Shown in pieces: positions 17,012 to 24,700 of a DNA stretch of 32,000 nucleotides (position 1 is the first letter of the stretch; each line of letters begins with the position of its first letter). Source of the DNA: Longivirga aurantiaca (lineage in GTDB: Bacteria; Actinomycetota; Actinomycetes; S36-B12; CAIYMF01); NCBI RefSeq assembly GCF_042660085.1, contig NZ_JBHSTI010000008.1, forward strand, positions 1,117,836-1,149,835, written 5' to 3'. The translations under genes and the position numbers were made by a program. The notes beneath the pieces were generated by a model. It saw nothing but the letters and a program-made list of their open reading frames with translations, was not told the DNA's origin and searched no databases.

Positions 17012-17256
17012 CTGGGTCAGGGAGGCCGTCGCGGTCACGCGGTCGTCGCAGTCATGCCGCTGCTCCCATCGTGCCTGGTGGGGCTCTCTGCCCGGACCGT
17101 AGACCTCACCGGAGCTGCCGGGCGTCCGATCAGCGGAATCCGCCGTACCGCCGATGGACGGCCCGCTCGGGGCCGATCGCACGTCGAGGCTCCTCGGATT
17201 TCCGCAGTGATCGGGCCGTGGCGTGCGGGGTTCTCACGCGGAGCGCGTCGGACGCG

Positions 17257-17900
17257 TCATCATGCGGGCAGTGCAGCGTGGCGACGGAGGTGGGCGGCAG
17301 TGGTCGAGTGCTCCAGCAGCCCTCGAGATCGTCGATCGCGTGCACGCCCTGGGCCGAGCTCAACCGCCCGCTGCAGGCGCGGGCCGGCGTCCTCACGGGC
17401 GAGGCTGTCGCGAGCCTGAACGCCACCGACCAGCGGTTCGTCACGGGCGACCTCGTCAACACCGCGAGCCGGCCGGCGCCCTCGCGGCGCTCGACGCCCT
17501 CAAGGCCGAGCAGGGTGCGGAGTGGTACGAGCAGGGTGCGGAGTGGAAGCAGCTGCAGTTCGTCACGTGGTTCGCACACGCGAGGACCTACGTCCTGCTG
17601 CTGTCGGGGGACTCCGCCGCTGCTTCCGTGCGCGACGTGCGCGACAGGTGGCACGACGGAGGGCTGCCGCTCGACCACGCGTACGCCGTGCTGGTGCTCG
17701 CACGCGTGCTGCCGGCGGGCGGCGTGCCGGACGAGCACATCGGCGAGGCCCGAGCCCACCTCGTGGGGCTCGGGGCAGTGTCGCTGCTGCGCCTGATCGA
17801 CGCGGCCCTGGAGTCCGCGCGGTCGGCCCAGCTCGTTGCGGCTCCGGCGGCTCCGGCGGCTGCGGCGACGCAGGTGGGTGGGAAACGTGTTGCGGGGCGC
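17257..17900 (+). pseudogene. decayed remnant of a class III adenylate/guanylate cyclase (cyclase-ATPase-TPR type)
   Basis: Homology hops between frames. A CGQC fragment lies near 17263. AALEIVDRVHALG is in frame 0 (about 17320-17355). ELNRPLQARAGVLTGEAVASLNATDQRFVTGDLVNTASR is in frame 1 (about 17357-17475). A helical tail ALAALDALKAEQGAEWYEQGAEWKQLQFVTWFAHARTYVLLLSGDS... returns to frame 0. RAGVLTGEAV...GDLVNTASR is the class III cyclase catalytic signature. The piece is far too short for the family. Confidence 0.55.
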
Positions 17901-18023
17901 ACGCTCGGCTTACCCGGGTAACGAGCGTGCGGTAGAGCGCACGCTGGTTACCCGGGTAACGAGCGTGGGGCGAAGCTGAGTGCGGAATCCGTCGCAGAGC
18001 GCACGCTGGTTACCCGGGTAACG
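17897..18023 (+). repeat. REP-like repeat cluster with three palindromic cores
   Basis: TTACCCGGGTAA cores sit at 17910, 17948 and 18010. Arms CGCACGCTCG (17898-17907) and CGAGCGTGCG (17922-17931) are perfect complements. A canonical unit GCTGAGTGCGGAATCCGTCGCAGAGCGCACGCTGGTTACCCGGGTAACGG spans 17975-18024. Confidence 0.9.
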
Positions 18024-18028
18024 GCCGA

Positions 18029-18133
18029 TCAGTCGGTGGCGAGCGCGGGGCGGTGCACCACGGCCCAGGTGGTGGCGATCTCGATGCGGTCGAGCTTGGC
18101 GGCCAGGTCCTCGAGCGGTACGGCGATGCTCAT
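18029..18133 (-). pseudogene. internally deleted (in-frame) copy of the PNPOx-like gene
   Basis: A 34-codon ORF reads MSIAVPLEDLAAKLDRIEIATTWAVVHRPALATD*. It consists of the first 14 and last ~20 residues of the 14129..14452 product, so 219 nt (73 codons) are missing. The upstream ~100 nt (18134-18240) duplicate 14453-14560. Confidence 0.7.
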
Positions 18134-18197
18134 GCCCGCAGCCTCAGGAGTCCGGGGCGTGCGACCGACGGACTCGCGCTCTCGGTGTGAGCGTTCT

Positions 18198-18248
18198 CGG
18201 CGTACGTCGTGCTGGATCGCGTCGGAGCGAGCGCGATCCGGCACGGGG
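18198..18248 (+). repeat. degenerate REP-like unit (diverged subfamily, core lost)
   Basis: CGGCGTACGTCGTGCTGGATCGCGTCGGAGCGAGCGCGATCCGGCACGGGG aligns to 14517-14560. It has acquired its own inverted repeat GGATCGCG...CGCGATCC. Confidence 0.6.
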
Positions 18249-18440
18249 TTCCCGTGGCGGACGACCCGCTGGACGGACGACTCCTCGGCGAGAGGAGGCC
18301 GATCTGCCCACCTGCGCGACACCCTGCTCCGCGCGGACGATGCTGGCGTTGCGACCCGGCATCTCGTCGACCTCGATCTGGCCACCTGCCGACGGCTCCA
18401 GCGCCGGGCGGGAGCTCGTCACCGGCTGAGAGGACCTCCG

Positions 18441-19277
18441 ATGTGCCGCTGGTTCGTCTACCGAGGAGCGCCCCTGCGCACCAGCGAGCTGCTGCTGCAT
18501 CCGGTGCACTCGATCGTCGCGCAGTCACTGAACTCGCCGCTCGGCGCAGAGCCCGTGAACGGTGACGGGTTCGGATTCGGCTGGTATCCCGTGGACGGTG
18601 ACGGTCCGCCCGGGCTGTTCCACAGCATCGAGCCGGCCTGGCACGACCGGAACCTGCGCTCGCTGGCCGAGGCCGTGGTGTCGCCGCTGTTCTTCTGCCA
18701 TGTGCGCGCCGCAGCCGGGCCGCCGATCCAGCAGACCAATTGCCACCCGTTCCGCAACGACGGCTGGCTCTTCATGCACAACGGCGGCATCGCGGACTTC
18801 GATCGCGTCAAGCGCGACCTCGTACTCGCCGTCGACCCCGATCTCTACCCGCTCATGCTGGGCACGACCGATTCCGAGGTGCTCTTCCACCTCGCGCTCA
18901 CCCTCGGCCTGCGCGACGACCCCGTCGGCGCGATAGCGCGCGCGATCGCGTTCGTCGAACGGGTCGGTCACGAGCACGACGTGCGGTTCCCGTTCCAGGG
19001 CAGCATCGCAACGACGGACGGCGACTCGGTCTGGGCGTTCCGCTACTCGTCGCAGGGGCGGTCGCGCTCGCTGTTCCACTCGACCGACATCTCCGACCTG
19101 CGCACGATGTACCCGGACGAGTCGCGGCTCTCCCTCTTCTCCGACGACGCGCGCGTGATCGTGTCGGAGCCCATCAACGACCTGCCCGGCGCGTTCCTCG
19201 AGGTGCCCGAGGCGTCGGTGGCGATCCTCGACGCGGCGGGCTACCGGCACGCCGCCTTCGCGCCCGCCGGGTCCTGA
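18441..19277 (+). CDS. class II (Ntn-type) glutamine amidotransferase, YafJ/EgtC-like
   Basis: ATG 18441 is preceded by GAGAGGA. The N-terminal MCRW provides the Cys nucleophile right after Met. Supporting motifs are NGDGFGFGWY, CHVRAA, TNCHPFR, WLFMHNGGI and GTTDSEVLFHL. The track ORF start at 18036 is an upstream read-through. Confidence 0.85.
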   Translation: MCRWFVYRGAPLRTSELLLHPVHSIVAQSLNSPLGAEPVNGDGFGFGWYPVDGDGPPGLFHSIEPAWHDRNLRSLAEAVVSPLFFCHVRAAAGPPIQQTNCHPFRNDGWLFMHNGGIADFDRVKRDLVLAVDPDLYPLMLGTTDSEVLFHLALTLGLRDDPVGAIARAIAFVERVGHEHDVRFPFQGSIATTDGDSVWAFRYSSQGRSRSLFHSTDISDLRTMYPDESRLSLFSDDARVIVSEPINDLPGAFLEVPEASVAILDAAGYRHAAFAPAGS

Positions 19278-19280
19278 GCA

Positions 19281-19335
19281 CGGCGTACCTGGTGCTGGAT
19301 CGCGTCGTGGGGCGCGCTCGTCACCCGGGTAGGCC
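19281..19335 (+). repeat. REP-like repeat, diverged subfamily
   Basis: CGGCGTACCTGGTGCTGGATCGCGTCGTGGGGCGCGCTCGTCACCCGGGTAGGCC lies 4 nt after the amidotransferase stop. A partial second module with inverted repeat GCGAGCGCGC...GCGCGCTCGC follows at about 19346-19385. Confidence 0.8.
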
Positions 19336-19543
19336 GTGCGGCGGGTAGGGGGCGGCGAGCGCGCGTCGTGGGGAGCGCGCTCGCGCTCGGGCGTGGAGCG
19401 GCAGGCGGGGATGGGCGCTGCGGGCACGCGTGGGCGTCCCGAGCGGCGCCTCGTCGTGCATCGGTCCGACGCGTCGGACAACAATGAACGTGGGCGGCCA
19501 CCTGGCGCCTCGGTGGGGTGCCGACCGCCGGGGGAGGTGTCCC

Positions 19544-20569
19544 ATGCGCCGGACGACGCTCATCCTGGTTCCGCTGGTTCTCATCCTGGCTGGCTGCGGC
19601 AGCACGGCCTCGCCCGGAGGGACGACGTCGCCAGCCGCGACGACGTCACCGTCGGTCTCCGGCTCCATGACGGCAGGATCGCTCGTGGACGTGCCCGGCT
19701 ACTCGTACGCCGAGCCCAGCGCGGCCGACCTCGCGACGCTCGAGCCGCTGACCTCGCGCTTCGGCTTCGCGCAGGTGACGACCCGCCTCGTCACCACCCC
19801 CGGGGCCGACCGCGTCCTGCTGGTCGTCTTCTCGGGCGGCACGCCGAAAGCCGACGCGACCGCGGCCGCGGCAGCCATGGCCGGCGAACTGGGCGCGAGG
19901 GCCGGCAACGAGGTCTTCACCGAGCTGATCGAGGCGCGAGCGCGCGTGGCCCACTCGGCCGCCGTCGTCGCTGATCTCGGGCCGGTGTACGTCTACTCCT
20001 TCGAGCAGGACGGGAAGGTCTACTGGGTCCTGAGCGACGGCGATGTCGACGGCGGCAGGTTCGTCGAGGCGCTGGTGCGCGAGGTGGTCCCTGAAGGCGC
20101 ACTCGGCACGTCACCCGCAGCGACGCCCGGCGCGGGGGAGCCGAGCCTCGTCCCCGTACCCGGCTACGGCTACGCCGAGCTGGAGGGCGAGGCCGCCTCG
20201 ATGTTCGGCATCAGCGGGCCGAAGGAGGGGTGGTCGCAGGCCTCGACGCATCGGGTGACCGGTGTCCCGACCCTGGTGGTGCTGGGCGTGCTCGTGCCCG
20301 ACGCATCGCTGGCCGCCGACAAGGACGCCATGGCTACGGCCGCGGACCTCGCTGGCGTGCTGCTCACGCAGCCGGACGACACGGTGAAGTCGGAGACCAT
20401 CGGCGGGCAGGACCTGCGGCACTCCCGCTTCACCGCCACGAACAGCGAGCGCATGTCCTCCATCTCGTTCGTGCACGACGGCACCGTCTACTGGCTGATC
20501 TGCGAGGACGACGTCGACTGCACAGGCTTCGCAACGGCGCTGATCCGCCAGCTCGGAACCGATTCCTGA
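19544..20569 (+). CDS. lipoprotein with internally duplicated ~155-aa domain, function unknown
   Basis: ATG 19544 follows GGGGGAGG. The signal plus lipobox is MRRTTLILVPLVLILAGC. An S/T/P-rich linker comes next, followed by two homologous halves (see findings). Confidence 0.8.
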   Translation: MRRTTLILVPLVLILAGCGSTASPGGTTSPAATTSPSVSGSMTAGSLVDVPGYSYAEPSAADLATLEPLTSRFGFAQVTTRLVTTPGADRVLLVVFSGGTPKADATAAAAAMAGELGARAGNEVFTELIEARARVAHSAAVVADLGPVYVYSFEQDGKVYWVLSDGDVDGGRFVEALVREVVPEGALGTSPAATPGAGEPSLVPVPGYGYAELEGEAASMFGISGPKEGWSQASTHRVTGVPTLVVLGVLVPDASLAADKDAMATAADLAGVLLTQPDDTVKSETIGGQDLRHSRFTATNSERMSSISFVHDGTVYWLICEDDVDCTGFATALIRQLGTDS

Positions 20570-20578
20570 CGCCGGGGG

Positions 20579-20609
20579 CGACGGACGGCCCAGGGGGCTG
20601 GCCCCGTCG
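20579..20609 (+). terminator. possible stem-loop downstream of the lipoprotein gene
   Basis: The sequence is CGACGG-ac-GGCC-cagggggct-GGCC-CCGTCG, starting 10 nt after stop 20567-20569. The stem is 10 bp with a 2-nt bulge. There is no U-tract. Confidence 0.3.
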
Positions 20610-20717
20610 AACGGCCGGGCGCCGGGGGGAAGTCGACAGGACTCCGCGAAGGCCCCAGCCCTACTCTGACGCTGACGGGCGCTGGGGCGCCCGGCCTCCG
20701 CGGCCGCTCGCCAAGGG

Positions 20718-21524
20718 GTGATCCCCGTGCTGAGCACATCTCGCACCCGTTCGCTCGTCCTCGTCGTCGCCTGCCTGGCGGTTGCCGCGTGCGGGCCGAC
20801 CCCGGCTCCCGGGTTGAGCGCCAGCAGCTCGACGCCCTCGACCGGAGCCTCTGCCACCTCCCCGACCGCCACCACCACGACCTCTGCCACGCCGTCGACG
20901 CAATCGGCCACGCCGGTCGACCGCGACCCGCTCACGCACAAGCTGCTGGCCGAGGACTTCTCCCAGGGCCCCGGCGTCTTCCACGTCGGCGACCTGAACG
21001 GCTACACGTACGCGGTCAAGGACGGCGCGTACGTCATCACCGCGACGTCCAAGCCGTCCGGCCCGGCCGAGACGTACGGCGAGTACGCACGAGTCGCGTA
21101 CGCCATCGACTCGAGCGTCGACGTGGTCGGCGCGGCGTCGGCCGGCACGAAGACCGCCGTCGGCATCGCCTGCTTCGACGCCGCGGGCGAGAACGGCCTC
21201 ATGATGCTCGCGGCGGCGGACGGCTCGGGCGGTGCCTATCTCAGGTTCGTGAACGGCGTGCCGGACGCCGAGCCGCTCGCCGAGTGGGGCGCCTCGCTGA
21301 CATCCGGAGCAGCGGTGACGTCCCTGCGGTTCCTGGCTGCCATCAGCAACCCTCTGAACGACGACGTACGCCTCTCGGGCTGGGTGAACGGGGTGGCCGT
21401 GCCCGCGAGTCCCGAGACGGACAAGTTCGAGGGCTGCGCCGGCATGGTCCTGTTGCTGATGGCACCCACCAAGGGCGTCAGCGTGAGCTTCGACAACGCA
21501 CGCGCGATCGTGCCCGGGGAGTAG
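20718..21524 (+). CDS. lipoprotein, function unknown (beta-sandwich-like C-terminal region)
   Basis: GTG 20718 follows AAGGGG. The signal plus lipobox is RSLVLVVACLAVAAC, followed by an S/T/P-rich linker. The rest is a beta-rich domain ending VSVSFDNARAIV. Confidence 0.75.
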   Translation: MIPVLSTSRTRSLVLVVACLAVAACGPTPAPGLSASSSTPSTGASATSPTATTTTSATPSTQSATPVDRDPLTHKLLAEDFSQGPGVFHVGDLNGYTYAVKDGAYVITATSKPSGPAETYGEYARVAYAIDSSVDVVGAASAGTKTAVGIACFDAAGENGLMMLAAADGSGGAYLRFVNGVPDAEPLAEWGASLTSGAAVTSLRFLAAISNPLNDDVRLSGWVNGVAVPASPETDKFEGCAGMVLLLMAPTKGVSVSFDNARAIVPGE

Positions 21525-21540
21525 TCGCCGGGCCCGACGT

Positions 21541-21593
21541 CGTACCTGAGCGGGGATCCCGTCGTGGAGCGAACGCTGGGTACCCAGGTAGCG
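21541..21593 (+). repeat. REP-like repeat, variant core TACCCAGGTA
   Basis: CGTACCTGAGCGGGGATCCCGTCGTGGAGCGAACGCTGGGTACCCAGGTAGCG lies 17 nt after the lipoprotein stop. The left TACCTG (21543-21548) complements the right CAGGTA. Confidence 0.8.
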
Positions 21594-21753
21594 GGGGTGC
21601 GAGCCCCTGCTCGGCAGGATTCCGCGCGCACGGAGGGGAAGGATGAGGACATGACCAGGTCGCCCTTTCAACCGTGATCCCGCCGGCTGGTACCTCGACC
21701 CGACGGGACGAGCACGACTGCGCTACTGGGATGGTCACCTGCTGACCGCCTGG

Positions 21754-24700
21754 GTGTCCGACGGCGAGACGACCCGGCTCGACCCCGAGCCCCTCGCCCC
21801 GCGCCAGATCCGCACCGACGACCACGAGCACATCGTGTTCGTGCGCGAGGTCTTCCTCCCGCTGGCGAGGGCGCGTGGACGTGTCGGACGCGAAGTCCTC
21901 GACGAGCTGGGCGAGTACGCCTGGTACCTCGAGAGCGCCGTCGGCCGTGCCGACGCCGTGAGCCCGGCGAGAGCGGCTGCCGCCCAGGTGCGGGTCGGAG
22001 CCACGACCGTGAGGAGCGGCACGTCGTACACCGTCGCTCCCGCCGTCGCGCCGCCCGGCACCATGCCCGCACCGCGCACCACCGCACCGCCGACACGCAC
22101 CGCTGCCCCGGTGGCCCGTGAGGTGCCGGCCCCGGCACCTGCGCAGGAGGAGCGCGGCCCGAGCCGCAGCAGCCTCAGGTGGGCGCGCTTCACCGACTCG
22201 GTCGGCTCCGATCTCGCCACGCACGGCCTCGCCTACCTCGGCGTGCTGCTGCTGTTCATCGGCGTGTTCGGCCTCGTGGCGTTCGCGTTCGGCGACGTCG
22301 CGCCCACGATGCGACCGGTCGCCGAGATCGGCATCGCGCTGGCACCGTTCGTGGCCGCCTGGATGCTGCTGCGTCGCGGGGCCGACATCGCCGGCCGTGC
22401 TCTCGAGACCGCGGGCGGCCTGCTGCTGCCCGTCATGCTCGTGACGTCGTTCCTCGACGGCGTGCCCGTCCCTCCCGACCTGGTCGGAGTCCCGCTCGCC
22501 ATCACGCTCACCCTGGTGACCGCAGCGGTCAGCGGCGCCTATGCGCTGTGGAGCCTGCGTCATCGCACCTCCGCGCTGCGCTACCTCGTCGCACCCGTCG
22601 CCTGGTTGTCGGTTGGCCTCGCCGTGATGGGCGTGGGGCGCGAGATCCCGAGCGGCAGCGGTGTCGCGGTCGTGACCGCGGCGCAGGTGGCGGCGATCTC
22701 GGTCGCCATGGCTGCCTCGCTGCTGTGGGCCCGGCTCGCACCCGCAGCGGTGCTGTCGGCGCCCACGCTCACGAGCGGTGCCGTCGGCAGCTGCGTCGTG
22801 GCGCTGCTCGCGCTCATGACGTGGATCTCGGGCGGATGGCCGCCGGTCGCGATCGCCGTCACCGGTGTCGCCGGCCTCGCGGTGCTCGAGCTGCTCGACG
22901 GCCGGGTGCCGCACGCCGTCGTCCGCATCGCCCAGCCGCTCTGGTGGGCGCTCGCGGCGACCGCTCTGCTGCCCGCGCTCGGCCCGACCGCCACCGGTCT
23001 CGCGACCGCCGCGGCGCTCGGCTGCGCCGGGTTCCTCGTGCTCGTCGAGCTCTCCGGACGCGACCGCGCCAGCCTGCCGTTCCTGCTCGCCGGCCTCGGC
23101 CTGGGCGGCACGTTCCTCGTGACGCTCAACGAGCCGTGGTTCGCGTGCGCCGCTGCCGCGGTGCTGGCGGTGTGGTCCGGCGTACGGCGCCTGCACGGGT
23201 TCGCCGTGCCGTGGTCCCGCCCTGCCCTCGACGTGGTCGCCGGTCTCATGCCGGTCGTCGCGGTGACGGCGCTGGGATTCGCGACGCGGCACGCGCCTCT
23301 CGCCCTGATGGTCGGCAGCGTGCTCGTGCTGCTCGCGGTCGTGCCGATCGACGTCACCGCCGTGCGCGTGCGGCTGCGCCGTGATCCGGCCGACCACTTC
23401 TGGATGCTGTGGTGGGACGCCGGCATGGTCGCTGCCGTCGTCGCGACGGTCGTGATGGTCACGGGCTTCTGGCCCGCCGACCCCTCGGCGCAGTGGATTC
23501 TTGGCGCCGTTCCCGCGGTGCTCGCGCTGTCGGCCGCGGTCGGTCCGCTGCGCGCCACCTGGCGCCCCTGGCCGACCCTCGCGCTGCTCACCTGGTCGTG
23601 GCTCATCACCGCGACGACCGCCGGCTGGCCGCTCGCCTGGACGCTGGGTGCTCCGGCCGTCGTCGCCCTCGTGATCGTCGCGCTCGTGCACGCGCTGCCG
23701 CGCGCGGTCGCGCACTGGTCGTCGCCAGGCCAGCTCGGCACCGCCGCGCTCGTGCTCCTGGTGGTGTGCATCGCGCTGGCCGGCACGCCCAACGGCTGGC
23801 TCCCGGCGCTGCTCGTGTCGGCGCTCGCCGCCGGTCTGGTGCTGGTGACGGCGTACGACGAGGTCGGGCGCTCGCCCGTGGCCGACGTGTTCGTCGACCT
23901 CATGGGCCCCGACGTCCGCTACGCCGGTGCCGCGTTCGCCGCGCTGTCCGTGCCGCTGTCGGCCATGCTCCTGCTCGATGCGTCCGGCGCCCTGCCGTTC
24001 GAGTCGTGGTGGGCGGGCATCACGCTCAGCGTGACCGCGCTGGTGTACGCCGCGGCCACGCGCCTGCCGACGTCCGCGCATCTCGGCCGCGTGCTCACGT
24101 GGACCGCGATCGCGGGCTCCCTGGCCGGTGTCGCGGTGGCGTGGTCGACCACGTTCCTCGCCTCGTCGGCGCTGCTCGGCTACCGCTGGGCGATGGTGGC
24201 CGCGCTCGCGGCGGTGGCGGTGCTGCCGCTGCTGCTCGCGCCTGCACGCCGCCCGTTGGTCGGTGTCTGGCTGGGGTGGGCAGCGGTCGTGCCGACGGTG
24301 TCGTTGGCTGCCGCGCTCGTGATCCCGGCGTACGCCGATCTCGGCGACGCGCTCGCCGCAGCCACCGCTCTGGTGCTGCTCGGCGGCGCGCTGCTGCTCG
24401 GCGCGCTCGCGCTCGACCTGAGGGGACGGGCGTGGGAGCCGGTGCTGCGGCCGGTCACGTCGTGGCTGCGCCCGCCTGCCGCGCTCGGCGCACTCGAGGT
24501 CGTGGCCGGTGCGGCGATCGCGCTCGCGGTGACACCGCAGCCCGACACCTGGGGCGGATGGCTCCTGGTGCTCGCGGCGCTCGTCGTCGCCGGCGTGGCT
24601 GCGCTCGCCCGCGCGTGGTCGCTGGTCGCGGGGTCGACGCTGCTCGCCTGGATCGGCACGCTCGTGCTGGCGGGCGAGGCGATCGCGTCTCGTCCGTGGA

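Noticed and set aside
14462-17419. Long overlapping ORFs (14462..15853 -, 14791..16560 +, 15629..17419 +) and the N-terminal extensions of the track ORFs 14590..16017, 15920..17182 and 18036..19277.
   Set aside because: The overlapping ORFs have shadow-frame composition. The extensions cross neighbouring gene ends or REP units (for example the recurring peptide DAIQH.VRRERSHRERESVGRTPRTP is just the translated repeat flank). Internal ATG starts with SD sequences fit better.
2854-18092. The 118-nt direct repeats flanking 15 kb, considered as attL/attR of an integrative element or genomic island.
   Set aside because: There is no integrase, recombinase, transposase, tRNA target, conjugation gene or phage gene anywhere in the window. 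The repeats are explained more simply by paralogous copies of a small gene plus the adjacent REP unit. I keep them as a recombination substrate, not a mobile element.
21651-21680. Programmed +1 ribosomal frameshifting at CCG-TGA (a prfB-like arrangement with an upstream SD).
   Set aside because: The SD-like element is the ordinary RBS ~8 nt before the ATG, not 3 nt before the shift site. CCG U does not offer the slippery re-pairing seen at CUU UGA. A simple indel (real or from assembly) is more parsimonious.
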